The notes under the pieces were generated by a model. That model did not search any database, was not told where the DNA came from, and worked only from the letters and a program-made list of their open reading frames with translations. Below, in pieces: positions 48,196 to 58,115 of a stretch of 64,000 nt of DNA. The DNA is from an uncultured Chloroflexia bacterium (GTDB lineage: Bacteria; Chloroflexota; Limnocylindria; Limnocylindrales; CSP1-4): positions 160,001 through 224,000 of the forward strand of contig CAWFXA010000001.1 in assembly GCA_963819655.1 (NCBI GenBank), in the 5' to 3' direction. Within the stretch, counting starts at the first letter, position 1; every line of letters begins with the position of its first letter. Both the position numbers and the translations under genes were made by a program.

Positions 48196-48942
48196 CTAGC
48201 CGACCTCGAGCCGGGCCGACACCCCGAGGTGATCGCTCGGGTACAGGGTCGGGTCATCCGGGTGGGGCCGGTCGAACGCGAGCCGAGCCTCGGTCGCGCG
48301 GATCGCGCCACGGAGCCAGATGTAGTCGAGGCAATCGGGCTCGCCGTCGGTGTCCATGGCCGGCGCCTGCAGCCCGGACGGCCAGGTCACCACCGGCTCC
48401 TTTCCGTGGACCTCGGCGTATGCCGAGCGGAAGCCCGCCGCGACCATCCGCGCATACGCCGGTTCGGCCGGGTCCGCATTGAAATCGCCCATCGCGATCG
48501 TCGCGTCGGCGTCTGGAGCTTCCGCCAGCCAGTCGAGCAACATCGTGGCCTGCCCGTCACGCTCCGCGGCGTCGGGCACCGCGTGGTGGAGGTGGGTCAC
48601 CGCCACGAGGACGGCCGAGCCGTTCGGCAGGTCGATGAGCGCCCGGTGGGCCGAGCGCTGGGATCCGAGGTCGATCCGGTCGACGTCCCTGGCGACCAGC
48701 GGCTCCCGGACGAGCAGGCTGTTGCCGTATTCCGGCCGACCCGCCCACCCGCGGATCGCGGCGTACTGCCCCTCCCCGGCCGCCCCGATCAGGCGGTCCT
48801 GCTGCATCACGTAGACGACCTCCTGGAGGGCGAGCAGGTCGGGCTGGAGAGCCGCCATGTCGGCCAGGATGAGCGGCAGCCGCTCGGCCCAGCGATCGGC
48901 GAGGTTGAGGATGTTCAGGGTCGCGACGTGCAGTCGATCCAT
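48196..48942 (-). CDS. Endonuclease/exonuclease/phosphatase (EEP) family protein
   Basis: TLNI, LALQEV, THLH, MGDFN, LDYI, PSDH. Confidence 0.9.
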   Translation of the reverse strand: MDRLHVATLNILNLADRWAERLPLILADMAALQPDLLALQEVVYVMQQDRLIGAAGEGQYAAIRGWAGRPEYGNSLLVREPLVARDVDRIDLGSQRSAHRALIDLPNGSAVLVAVTHLHHAVPDAAERDGQATMLLDWLAEAPDADATIAMGDFNADPAEPAYARMVAAGFRSAYAEVHGKEPVVTWPSGLQAPAMDTDGEPDCLDYIWLRGAIRATEARLAFDRPHPDDPTLYPSDHLGVSARLEVG

Positions 48943-48953
48943 GACAGTCCCGA

Positions 48954-50165
48954 TCACCCGGCCCGACCCGGATCGCCGCCGTCCTGGATCGGCAGGGCGA
49001 ACGAGAAGGTCGATCCGACGCCTTCCTCCGACTCGACCCAGATGCGCCCGCCGTGCTGCTCGACGACGTGCCGCGCGATCGCCAGACCCAGCCCGGTCCC
49101 GCCGCCGGCCTCCGCGCGCAGGCGCGCTCGATCGACTTTGTAGAAGCGCTCGAACACCCGGTCGCGGGCGCCGCGCGGGACGCCGATGCCGTGATCTTCG
49201 ACCGAGGTGATCACGTCTTCCCCATCGGCGACCGTGCTGATCGTGATCTCGCCGCCGTCCGGGCTGAACTTCACGGCGTTGTGGACCAGGTTGACGACGA
49301 CCTGCCCGAGCCGGGCGGCGTCCCCACGCACCCGCGGCAGGCCGGGTGGGGTGTCGATGCGGAGGATCACGCCCTGGCGCTCAGCGAACAATCGCAAGCG
49401 TTCGGCCGAGTCTGCGGCCAGGCTGGACATGTCCACGCCGTCGGACAGCTGGAGTGTCCCGCCGCCCTCGATCCGGCTGAGGTCCAGGAGCTCGTTGACC
49501 ATCTGGACGAGGTGGCCCGTCTCCACTTCGATCTTGGCGATGCGGTCGCGCATCTTGGCCGGGATCGCGTCGCCGACGGCCTCGGCCTCGCGCTCGAGGG
49601 TCTCGGCCAGCAGGCTGACGGTCGTCAGCGGCGTCCGGAGCTCGTGCGACAGGTTGTCGATGAACTCGGCGCGGATGCGCTGCAGGCGTCGCAGCTCGGA
49701 GACGTCGTCCAGCACGAGCCACACGTCCCCACCCGACAACCGACGGGCGCGGATCGCGAGGACCGGGCCATCGGCACCCGCCGAGCGGATCTCGCCGGAC
49801 GCCGACCCGGACTCGATGGCCTGCCGCGCCAGGCGCTCGACGGTCGGGTCGAGGAAGGCCTCTATGATCGACCGCCCGACGAGGCCCCCCGGTTGGTGTG
49901 CCAGCATCGCGTGAGCCCGGCCGTTGGCGTCCCGGATGTGCAGGCCGGCGTCGACCCGGACGACCCCGGCATCGACGGTCTCGTGCAGGGTCGCGTCGTC
50001 GGCCGATCGATCGCCGACGACCCGTTCACGCTCGGCATCCGCATCCCGCAGGCGATGGATCGTCGCCAGCGCTCGGTCGAGCGCTCGGCGGCGCCGGACC
50101 GCCGTGATCGTGGCGACTGCGCTCACAACGGCCAGTGCCACGATGATCAGGACTCCGAGTTCCAC
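48954..50165 (-). CDS. phoR: Sensor histidine kinase, PhoR/SenX3-like
   Basis: TM, PAS, SHELRTPLT, NAVKF, VFERFYKVDRAR, GGTGLGLAI. Confidence 0.88.
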   Translation of the reverse strand: MELGVLIIVALAVVSAVATITAVRRRRALDRALATIHRLRDADAERERVVGDRSADDATLHETVDAGVVRVDAGLHIRDANGRAHAMLAHQPGGLVGRSIIEAFLDPTVERLARQAIESGSASGEIRSAGADGPVLAIRARRLSGGDVWLVLDDVSELRRLQRIRAEFIDNLSHELRTPLTTVSLLAETLEREAEAVGDAIPAKMRDRIAKIEVETGHLVQMVNELLDLSRIEGGGTLQLSDGVDMSSLAADSAERLRLFAERQGVILRIDTPPGLPRVRGDAARLGQVVVNLVHNAVKFSPDGGEITISTVADGEDVITSVEDHGIGVPRGARDRVFERFYKVDRARLRAEAGGGTGLGLAIARHVVEQHGGRIWVESEEGVGSTFSFALPIQDGGDPGRAG

Positions 50166-50252
50166 GCGGCGAGCATCGCATACCTGCAGACGCCGACGTG
50201 GGGCTGGTCCGGCACTCGCGGCGGAAGGCCATCGTCGAGCCGCGGAGCGGTG

Positions 50253-51311
50253 TCAGCTGTCTCTGGCGCGGGCTCCCCACGGCGCGCTCCGCTCGATCAG
50301 GCCACCCAGCCACGGGGCCGCGTGGCGCCCGAACGCGGCGGTCGTGAAGGCGTGCCGCAGGACCAGGAGGTGGGCCACCCGGCCAACCGCCCGTCGAGCC
50401 GCCGCGGCCGTGCGCGGGCCGATCGTCCCGTCGCACGCGGCCACCGCCGCGTCGATCGCGTCGGCGGCGTCGGCGGCCGCCAGCTCGCTCGAGACACGCA
50501 GCGTGTCGTCCTCCTCCGGCGAGGTCCCATCGGCCCACGGCGCGTCGCCCAACCGTTCCAGCGTGCCCGACGTGGCGAGTCGCCGAAGCTCATCGGCGTC
50601 GAGCCCGCGGGCCCGCTCCAGCATCGCCGCGACGGCGGTCGTCGCGGGTCCGTAACGGGGCTGCCCGACCGCCGAGTCCCAGCCACGGGTCAGGCGTTCG
50701 CGCGCCCACAACGCGGCAGGGTCGCCCAGGATCTCCTCGAGGACGTCGCCGATGATGACGTCGGCCAGGCGCCCGACGACCGCGTCGCGGATCGGGACCA
50801 TCCGCCGTGCGGCGGCAGGCAAGGCAGCGATGGCCTCACCTTCCGCGGCCTGCAGCGTCCGCTCGAGGTCCGTCTCGACGAACTGGCGCAGCGTGGCGAG
50901 GAAGGCGATCGGTGCCGGTTCGGCCAGCGCCAGCCGATCGAGCTCGTCGGCGGTCAGCCGGCCGACACGTTCGACGACGAACGCGACCCGCTCGGCGGTC
51001 GTCGGTGGGCGTCGGACGGTCCGCCGGGGCGGCGCGGTCGACCAGTCGGGGCCTGCCCGCGGTGGACGCCCGCCGCGGATACCGATGGAGTGCTCGCGGT
51101 CGTAGCGTCCCCGGAGATCGGGATCGCTGAGCCAGTCGTGGGCGACGTTGATGCGCTTGGCCAGCTCCAGGCCGGCCGGTCCCGCGACGTCCGGGTGGTG
51201 CTTGCGCAGCAACGCCCGCCAGGCCAGCTCGATCGCCTCAGGGCTGGCATCGCGTGGCACGCCGAGGCGGGCGTACAGGTCATCGGCGGGGAGGGTCGGT
51301 CGGGCGGGCAT
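50253..51311 (-). CDS. J-domain protein with uncharacterised helical C-terminus
   Basis: DLYARLGV, KHHPD, INVAHDWLSDP..R..YD. Confidence 0.85.
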   Translation of the reverse strand: MPARPTLPADDLYARLGVPRDASPEAIELAWRALLRKHHPDVAGPAGLELAKRINVAHDWLSDPDLRGRYDREHSIGIRGGRPPRAGPDWSTAPPRRTVRRPPTTAERVAFVVERVGRLTADELDRLALAEPAPIAFLATLRQFVETDLERTLQAAEGEAIAALPAAARRMVPIRDAVVGRLADVIIGDVLEEILGDPAALWARERLTRGWDSAVGQPRYGPATTAVAAMLERARGLDADELRRLATSGTLERLGDAPWADGTSPEEDDTLRVSSELAAADAADAIDAAVAACDGTIGPRTAAAARRAVGRVAHLLVLRHAFTTAAFGRHAAPWLGGLIERSAPWGARARDS

Positions 51312-51403
51312 CGGTGGCGACGATCGTACTGGCGCGCCGACCGGCGCTCGCTATCCTGCAGGTGTCCGACGGGCGCCGTGCCCGGCCGAGGAAGGGCAGT
51401 CCG

Positions 51404-51911
51404 ATGAGCTTCATCAAGAGGGCCCAGGAGGCGGCCGCGCAGGCAGCCGCCATGGCGAACAGGACGGCCGCCGACCCGGCCACCGCCGAGGCGGTCTCAC
51501 GCAGCGCACGAGAGGCCGTGGGAATGGCCCGCCGCGGGGTCACGACCGTGATCGAGAGGATCGATCCGGGCACGCTCGCCGAGCTGATCGTGCGGGCCAC
51601 AGCGTTGCAGGAGATGACGAACGCGTCCCTCCGCCAGAAAGGTTCGCCCTATCGGATCGCAGAGATCTCGATCTCGGCGTCTATCCCGCCGGCCGTCAGC
51701 TTCGCTATCGGCCGGCTCGGCGATGAGCCCGAGGAGGCCATCGTCGGCGAGGTGGTGTCCTCCGCGGAGCTGGTCGAGCAGGCAGCCGATGCCGGTGAGC
51801 TGGTGCTGGCGCTCGACGGGACCACGGTCGATGACGCCGCGATTAGCGGCGGCACCGTTGACCGACCTGCCGCCGGACACGATGCCCCCGACCTCGGCCC
51901 CGTCCGGCTAG
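51404..51911 (+). CDS. Hypothetical protein (probable +1 frameshift near 51842)
   Basis: MSFIKRAQEAAAQA start with SD-like GGAAGG; in-frame reading runs 700 bp antisense into proS, while a +1 shift stops at 51911. Confidence 0.6.
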
Positions 51912-51946
51912 CGGCCCCTCGGGCCGCCGTCGTCAGGCTCCCGCGG

Positions 51947-53674
51947 TCAGGCCGCCGTGGCGGCGGCCGCGAACCCGTCGACGAGAAGGGACTCGACCTC
52001 CTCGATCGGGCGCGTCGACCGCTCGCCGGTCGCGCGCTCCGTCACTTCGATCCCACCGGCGGCCAACGAGCGCGGCGACACCGTCAGGATCCAGGGCATG
52101 CCGAGCAGCTCGGCGTCGGTGAACTTGACCCCTGGCGACTCGTCGCGGTCGTCCCACAGGATCTCGTGTCGGGCGCCGGACTCGGCGGCGAGGGAGTGCA
52201 GCCGCTCGGCGACCTCGAGGACGCGCGGATCCTTGGCCGTCCCGATCGACACGAGGTGCGCGGCGTAGGGCGCCACCTCGGCCGGCCACACGATGCCCTT
52301 GTCGTCGTGATGCTCCTCGACGATGCAGGCGACGTTCCGTCCCACCCCGATGCCATACGAGCCCATGACGATGGGGTGTGGCTGGCCATCCTCGCCGAGG
52401 TAGGTCGCGCCGAAGGCATCGGCGAACCTGGTGCCGAGCTTGAAGATGTTGCCGACCTCGATGCCGTTGCGCAGGATGACGGGGCGCCCGCAGTTCGGGC
52501 ACGGATCGCCCTCCTGCGCGTTGGTGATGTCGGCGGTCACGTCGGCCGTGTAGTCGCGACCGGCGTTGACGTTGCGGTAGTGGAAGCCCACCCGGTTCGC
52601 GCCGGCGACGAGGTTCGGGGATCGCGCGACCAGGTCGTCGATGACGACGAACGTCCCGCGTGCGCCGATCGGTGAGCCGTAGCCAGGCTCCATGCCCGCG
52701 GCCTTGATCTCCTCGACCTGCGCCGGCCGGATGCCGCCGACCGCAGCCGCGGCATTCGCGAGCTTCGTCTCGTTGACCTCGTAGTCGCCGCGGACGATGG
52801 CCGTGACGAGCCGCCCGTCGCCGGTCACGAAGAAAGCCGCCTTGGCCGTGCGATCGGCGCCGACCCCGAGGAATGCGGCGAGCGTCGCGATCGTGGTCGT
52901 GCCGGGTGTGGCGACCTCCTCGAGCGGCAGGGGCTCCTCCGCAGGAGGCTCGGGCTTGGGCGACCTGGCAACCTGGCGGTTCGCCGCGTAATCACCGTTC
53001 TCGCACAGCACGAGGACGTCTTCGCCGGCGGGGTTGAGGACCATGAACTCGTGCGCCTGGCTCCCACCCATGATCCCGACATCGGAGCTCACGGCGATGG
53101 TCTTGAGCCCCAGTCGCTCGAAGATCCGGACGTACGCTGCGTGCTGGGCCGCGTAGCTCTCATCGAGCCCGGCCTGGTCCCGGTCGCAGCTGTAGGCATC
53201 CTTCATCACGAACTCGCGGACCCGGATCAGGCCGCCGCGTGCGCGCGGCTCGTCGCGCCATTTGGTCTGGAAGTGATAGACCTGCATCGGCAACTGCCGA
53301 TACGACCGGACGATGTCGGCGAGCAGGAGTCCGACGACCTCTTCGTGGGTCATCGCGAGGACCATCTCGCGACCGTTCCGATCCTTGAACCGCGTCAGCT
53401 CCGCGCCGATGGCCTGGTAGCGTCCGCTCGCCTTCCAGATGTCGGCGGGATGGACGACCGGCATCTCCATCTCCTGGGCGCCGATCCGGTCCTGCTCCTC
53501 GCGGATGACCTGCTCGACACGGTCGTTGACGCGCTTCCCGAGCGGCAGCAGCGAATAGATCCCGGAGCCCAGCTGGCGGACGTAGCCGGCCCGCAGCAGC
53601 AACCTGTGGGATGCCATCTCGGCGTCCGCTGGGTCGTCGCGGAGCGTCGTGAAGAAGAGGTGGGACAGGCGCAT
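51947..53674 (-). CDS. proS: Proline--tRNA ligase
   Basis: THEE, KWRDEPR.R.GLIR.REF.MKD.YS, GIEVGNIFKLG, MGSYGIG. Confidence 0.97.
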   Translation of the reverse strand: MRLSHLFFTTLRDDPADAEMASHRLLLRAGYVRQLGSGIYSLLPLGKRVNDRVEQVIREEQDRIGAQEMEMPVVHPADIWKASGRYQAIGAELTRFKDRNGREMVLAMTHEEVVGLLLADIVRSYRQLPMQVYHFQTKWRDEPRARGGLIRVREFVMKDAYSCDRDQAGLDESYAAQHAAYVRIFERLGLKTIAVSSDVGIMGGSQAHEFMVLNPAGEDVLVLCENGDYAANRQVARSPKPEPPAEEPLPLEEVATPGTTTIATLAAFLGVGADRTAKAAFFVTGDGRLVTAIVRGDYEVNETKLANAAAAVGGIRPAQVEEIKAAGMEPGYGSPIGARGTFVVIDDLVARSPNLVAGANRVGFHYRNVNAGRDYTADVTADITNAQEGDPCPNCGRPVILRNGIEVGNIFKLGTRFADAFGATYLGEDGQPHPIVMGSYGIGVGRNVACIVEEHHDDKGIVWPAEVAPYAAHLVSIGTAKDPRVLEVAERLHSLAAESGARHEILWDDRDESPGVKFTDAELLGMPWILTVSPRSLAAGGIEVTERATGERSTRPIEEVESLLVDGFAAAATAA

Positions 53675-53739
53675 GGCCGCGTAAGGATAGCGGCGGGCGA
53701 CGTGTCGAGAGGGTCAGGCGACCGACGTGTCGCCCGGGC

Positions 53740-54201
53740 TCAGGCCAGCAGTGATTGCCAGGAGGGTCCCGTGGCGCCGTCGCGCAACTCCATCCAGCGC
53801 AGCGCGTAGGCCAGGCGGATCGGGCTCGGGTCGTCGCGCTCTGCGCGGCTCAGGACGAGATGGAACGCCTCGCGGCCGTACGAGGCGGCGAGCATCTGGC
53901 GGCTGCGGACCGGAGCGAGATGGCGCCTGACCAGCTCGACTTCGGCCGCGAACGCCGGCTGTGCCCAGCGTTCCGGGCGCCTGGTCGGATCGCGCAGCGC
54001 GCGGGTGACGCGGAGCGCGTCCAGCGCCAGCGCCCGAGCGGGCGCCGGCACCGGAGCAGGAGGGAAGAGAGCACCCGGAGAGAGGAGGGCTCCGGGGCTC
54101 ATTGCAGGTATGCCGTCGTTGACGCCGCCGGGACGCATCGCCTCGACGGGGTGCATCGTCACGAGATCGATGGCCTCGGGCTGGCGCTGTCGGATCGGCA
54201 T
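53740..54201 (-). CDS. Hypothetical protein downstream of phoB
   Basis: Fills the gap between phoB and proS; protein-like C-terminal half; PHO-like repeats upstream. Confidence 0.5.
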   Translation of the reverse strand: MPIRQRQPEAIDLVTMHPVEAMRPGGVNDGIPAMSPGALLSPGALFPPAPVPAPARALALDALRVTRALRDPTRRPERWAQPAFAAEVELVRRHLAPVRSRQMLAASYGREAFHLVLSRAERDDPSPIRLAYALRWMELRDGATGPSWQSLLA

Positions 54202-54272
54202 GGTCGTAGCGTCCGATCGATGTATGAACGCGGCATCAGCGCCGGGTGAACGTTGAAAGGGCGCCATCCACC

Positions 54273-54968
54273 TCATGTCGGACGGCGGAAGACGTACCCG
54301 ACGCCACGCACGGTGTGGATGAACGCAGGCTGGCCAGGGTCCTCCTCGATCTGGCTGCGCAGCCAGTGGACGTGGACGTCGACCGTGCGCGTCTCGCCTG
54401 CGTAGTCGTAGCCCCACACCTTCTCGAGCAGCTGGTCTCGTGTGAAGACCTGGCCGGGGTTCCGGATCAGGAACGCGAGCAGTTCGAAGGCCTTGGGCTT
54501 GATCGGCAGGACCTCGCCGTCGCGGAGCAGGCGATGGCCGCCGAGGTCCGCCTGGACGCGGCCTAGATCGACGATCGTCGGCGCGGATCCGGTTGCCACG
54601 GACGCTTCCGACCGGCGAAACAATGCCCGGATCCGGGCCGTCAGCTCGCGCAGCGAGAACGGCTTGGTGACGTAATCATCGGCCCCGAGCTCGAGCCCGA
54701 CGACTTTGTCGAGCTCGGAGTCCTTGGCCGTCAGCATCACGATCGGCACGCCGGATTCGGCGCGGATGATGCGGGTCACCTCGATGCCGGACAACTCGGG
54801 AAGCATCAGGTCGAGGAGCACGAGGTCGGGGCGTTCTCCGCGGAACTGCGTCAGGGCCTCGCGCCCATCCGCGGCGGCGATGACCCGGAATCCCTCGGTC
54901 TCGAGCGCGTCGACGATCGTCTCGCGCAAGGTCGGTTCGTCTTCGACGACCAAGATCGTGCGTGCCAT
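54273..54968 (-). CDS. phoB: Response regulator, PhoB/RegX3-like
   Basis: VVEDE, DLVLLDLMLP, GADDYVTKPF, RTVDVHVHWLR. Confidence 0.88.
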   Translation of the reverse strand: MARTILVVEDEPTLRETIVDALETEGFRVIAAADGREALTQFRGERPDLVLLDLMLPELSGIEVTRIIRAESGVPIVMLTAKDSELDKVVGLELGADDYVTKPFSLRELTARIRALFRRSEASVATGSAPTIVDLGRVQADLGGHRLLRDGEVLPIKPKAFELLAFLIRNPGQVFTRDQLLEKVWGYDYAGETRTVDVHVHWLRSQIEEDPGQPAFIHTVRGVGYVFRRPT

Positions 54969-54992
54969 CCACGGCTGAGCATACCGACCGTT

Positions 54993-55020
54993 GTTAACGA
55001 CGCGTTCATGGAAGGTCAAT
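54993..55020 (-). promoter_or_regulatory. PHO-box-like repeats upstream of phoB (autoregulation)
   Basis: Minus strand ATTGAC-N5-ATGAAC-N5-GTTAAC followed by TATGCT -10. Confidence 0.65.
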
Positions 55021-55078
55021 CGTCCGGAACACACCAGACCGGGTCACACCGGACCGGGTCACACCGCACGCCCGGGAG

Positions 55079-55468
55079 TCAGCTGCGGTTGCGCAACTCC
55101 TCGGGCAGCTCGCGCCAGTACTCGACGAAGTCGGCGCACCGGCCGTCCCCGTCGAAGCGCAGCAGCCAGACGTTGTAGAAGATCGTCCGCAGCGAGCCGT
55201 CGTCCTCGAGGTAGCGGCTCTGGCCCACGGCCACGGCGCGGTCGCCATCGACCGCATACGGCTCGTAGTGCGCCTCCCAGGATCCCGCCGCATCCGGGTC
55301 GTCGAGCCAGTCGGCGACGATCGCGTCGCGGCCCACGACCGGATCGCGGTACGGCTGGTAGCGGTATCTGGCGTCCTCGGCGAACAGGGCGCCGATCGCG
55401 TCGCGGTCATTGGTCCGCCAGGCATCGACGTAGGCGTCGAGCCAGCGCTGGACGTCATCTCGGGTCAC
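55079..55468 (-). CDS. SnoaL/NTF2-like protein
   Basis: W...D...I..LF.EDARY, GRDAI...W, GRC..F.E; GAGGAGG SD. Confidence 0.85.
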   Translation of the reverse strand: MTRDDVQRWLDAYVDAWRTNDRDAIGALFAEDARYRYQPYRDPVVGRDAIVADWLDDPDAAGSWEAHYEPYAVDGDRAVAVGQSRYLEDDGSLRTIFYNVWLLRFDGDGRCADFVEYWRELPEELRNRS

Positions 55469-55478
55469 GTGGTCCTCC

Positions 55479-55883
55479 TCAGACGCGATCCGTCGGCCGC
55501 TCGACGTAGAACTCGGTGAACGAGCGGCACCGACCATCCTCGTCGAACTCCAGCAGGTAGGCGTTGTCGAAGGCGGACGTGACGATGGTCTTCGACGTGT
55601 CCGTGTAGTAGCGGCTCCAGCCCACCGCGACGGCACGCGCGTCACCGACGACGAATGGCTCGTAGTGGGCATCCCAGGTGCCCGGCTCGTCGCGGGTCGA
55701 CGCGTCGCCGTCGGGATCGAGCCATGCGCGCACGATCGCGTCTCGCCCGACGAAGCCCGCATCAGACGGGTGGAAGCGATAGCGCGCGTCCGTGCTGAAG
55801 AGCTCGCCGATGGCCTCCGGATCGTCGGCCGCCCAGGCAGCGATGTAGCGGTCGAGCCAGCGTTGCACGTCGTCACGCGTCAT
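55479..55883 (-). CDS. SnoaL/NTF2-like protein (tandem paralogue)
   Basis: Shares TRDDVQRWLD start and W.AHYEP..V...RAVAVG.SRY with the neighbour. Confidence 0.85.
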   Translation of the reverse strand: MTRDDVQRWLDRYIAAWAADDPEAIGELFSTDARYRFHPSDAGFVGRDAIVRAWLDPDGDASTRDEPGTWDAHYEPFVVGDARAVAVGWSRYYTDTSKTIVTSAFDNAYLLEFDEDGRCRSFTEFYVERPTDRV

Positions 55884-55896
55884 CGCCGCACCTCCC

Positions 55897-57384
55897 TCAC
55901 GCGCCATCGAGCACCGCGAGGGCCCGATCGAGACGCGCCAGCACGCGGTCCCGGCCGAGGGCGACGAGCGTGTCGAACAGAGGCGGGGTCGCGGTCCGGC
56001 CCGTGACGGCGACGCGGATCGTCATGAACAGATCGCCGGCCTTCCAGCCGCGCAGTTCTGCCAGGGCGCGCAGCGGCGGTTCGAGCTCGTCCGCCTCGAA
56101 CGACACGGCGCCGACGTCCGCGATCGTTTCGCGGGCCGCCGCCAGTGCGTCCTTCGCCGTCGGGGCGTCCCAGCGCTTGGGGACGAGCATGGCCGGATCG
56201 GCGTCGAGCTCGCCGACCCACAGGAACCCGACGAGGTCGCCGACGGCGCCCAGCGTCGGCAGGCGCTCCTGGATGACAGGCAGCAGGGCACGCAGCTCCT
56301 CATCGCTCGGCATCCACTCGATGCGGCCGGCCGCGAGCTCAGCCTCGATGAACGGACGCAAGCGATCGATCAGGTCGTCCGCCTCGAGGCGGCGGATCCA
56401 TTGCCCGTTCATCCACTCGAGCCGCTCGCGGTCGAAGACCGCCCCGCCCCTGTGGACCTCCTTGATGTCGAAGCGTTTCACCAGCTCGTCGAGCGGCAGG
56501 ATCTCCTCCTCCGTGCCGGTCGACCAGCCGAGCAGGGCGAGGTAGTTGACGAGCGCCTCCTTGATGAAGCCCTGCGCGATGTAGTCGTCGATCGCGGTCT
56601 GGCTCTTGCGCTTGCTCATCTTGGTCCGGTCCGCGTTGAGGATCAGCGGCAGGTGCGCGAACCGCGGCACGTCGTGGCCGAGCGCCCGGAACAGCAGGAT
56701 GTGCTTGGGCGTGTTGGACAGGTGGTCCTCGCCGCGGATCACCTCGCTGATGTCCATCGCCGCGTCGTCGACGACGACCGTGAAGTGGTACAGCGGCGTG
56801 CCATCGGCTCGAACGATGACGAAGTCGCCGCCGAGGTTCGACACGTCGATCTCGACCCGGCCGCGGACGATGTCATCGAAGGCCACGACTCCCTCACCCA
56901 CCCGGAAACGGAGCGCGCCGCGTCGGCCCTCCGCCTCACGGGCGCGACGCTCGTCGGGCGTGAGATGGGCGCACCGGCCGACGTACCTGGGCGCCTGCTT
57001 GGCTGCCTCCTGCGCACGACGGTCGGCCTCGAGCTCTTCCAGCGTGCAGTAGCACGGATAGGCCAGATCGTCTGCCAGCAACCGCTGCGCGGCGGCCGCG
57101 TACGTCGGCAGACGCTCCATCTGGCGGTACGGCGCGTGCGGCCCACGGGCAGGTTCGCCGGCGACCTCCGGCCCCTCATCCCACTCGAGGCCGAGCCAGT
57201 GCAGGCCATCGAGGATGTCCTTCTCGAACTCGACGGTGCTGCGAACCTGGTCGGTGTCCTCGAGTCGCAGGATGAACGTCCCGTCGACGTGCCGCGCGTG
57301 CAGGAAGTTGTAGAGCGCAGTCCGAGCGGTCCCGATGTGGAGCGGCCCGGTCGGGCTCGGCGCGATACGGACCCGCGTGGTCAC
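55897..57384 (-). CDS. gltX: Glutamate--tRNA ligase
   Basis: RIAPSPTGPLHIG, LRLEDTD, IRGEDH, KMSKR. Confidence 0.97.
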   Translation of the reverse strand: MTTRVRIAPSPTGPLHIGTARTALYNFLHARHVDGTFILRLEDTDQVRSTVEFEKDILDGLHWLGLEWDEGPEVAGEPARGPHAPYRQMERLPTYAAAAQRLLADDLAYPCYCTLEELEADRRAQEAAKQAPRYVGRCAHLTPDERRAREAEGRRGALRFRVGEGVVAFDDIVRGRVEIDVSNLGGDFVIVRADGTPLYHFTVVVDDAAMDISEVIRGEDHLSNTPKHILLFRALGHDVPRFAHLPLILNADRTKMSKRKSQTAIDDYIAQGFIKEALVNYLALLGWSTGTEEEILPLDELVKRFDIKEVHRGGAVFDRERLEWMNGQWIRRLEADDLIDRLRPFIEAELAAGRIEWMPSDEELRALLPVIQERLPTLGAVGDLVGFLWVGELDADPAMLVPKRWDAPTAKDALAAARETIADVGAVSFEADELEPPLRALAELRGWKAGDLFMTIRVAVTGRTATPPLFDTLVALGRDRVLARLDRALAVLDGA

Positions 57385-58109
57385 GCGCCCGGCACCCGAT
57401 GGAAAAGCGCCGGATCGGCGTCACCGGGCAGGACCCGGACGAGCGCGGCGGGTCGCAGACCGAGGGTCGCGCGACCCAGTGGCCCGTCGAGCGTCAGCGA
57501 ATCCAGCGATTCCGAACGAGCCAGGATCGTGATCGGGGCGCCCGGCTTGAGGGCGCGCGCCTCGAGGTACGAGAGCAGGCCGGCGTCCTCCTCGGCCTCC
57601 TCTGTGATCCGATAGATCGTCGCGTGCGCGCCCGCATCGACCTCAGACAGCCGGATGCCGGCCGGTCGACGACTCGCGGTCGCCGCGTCGATCGGGTTGC
57701 CGTGCGGGCAGATCTCCGGGTGGCCGAGCATCTCGTCGAGACGGGCCTCGACCCGCGGTGAGATGGCGCCCTGGAGCCGCATCGCCTCCTCGTCCGATTC
57801 CGCCCAACCGAGACCGACAACGCTGGTCAACAGCCACTCGAGCAGCGCGTGGCGTCGGAAGATCGCGTCGGCAGCGGCGCGACCTGGGGTCGTGAGTCGC
57901 AGCTCCCGGCCGCCGTCGTGCTCGACGAGGCCGTCGGCACCGAGACGCCGGAACATCTCGCTCGCCGCCTGGGTCGTCACCCCGAGATGGCGGGCGATCT
58001 GAGCCGCGGTGACCCGCGCCCCGTCCTCGGCGCCCGCGCTGACGCGCAATGCCAGCAGGTATTCCTGGGCGGCCGTCGACAGGTCGCGTGGGTCGTTCTT
58101 GCGGGGCAT
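57381..58109 (-). CDS. DtxR/MntR family metal-dependent regulator
   Basis: QEYL, RRHALLE, CPHGNPI, C-terminal FeoA/SH3 domain. Confidence 0.9.
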   Translation of the reverse strand: MPRKNDPRDLSTAAQEYLLALRVSAGAEDGARVTAAQIARHLGVTTQAASEMFRRLGADGLVEHDGGRELRLTTPGRAAADAIFRRHALLEWLLTSVVGLGWAESDEEAMRLQGAISPRVEARLDEMLGHPEICPHGNPIDAATASRRPAGIRLSEVDAGAHATIYRITEEAEEDAGLLSYLEARALKPGAPITILARSESLDSLTLDGPLGRATLGLRPAALVRVLPGDADPALFHRVPGA

Positions 58110-58115
58110 GGTCTT

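Noticed and set aside
51254-52675. 473-aa protein overlapping proS antisense by ~700 bp
   Set aside because: The tail is a proS shadow; a +1 shift near 51842 gives a normal stop at 51911
55033-55066. 15-bp tandem repeat acc(a/g)gaccgggtcac upstream of phoB
   Set aside because: Only two short copies; no function can be supported
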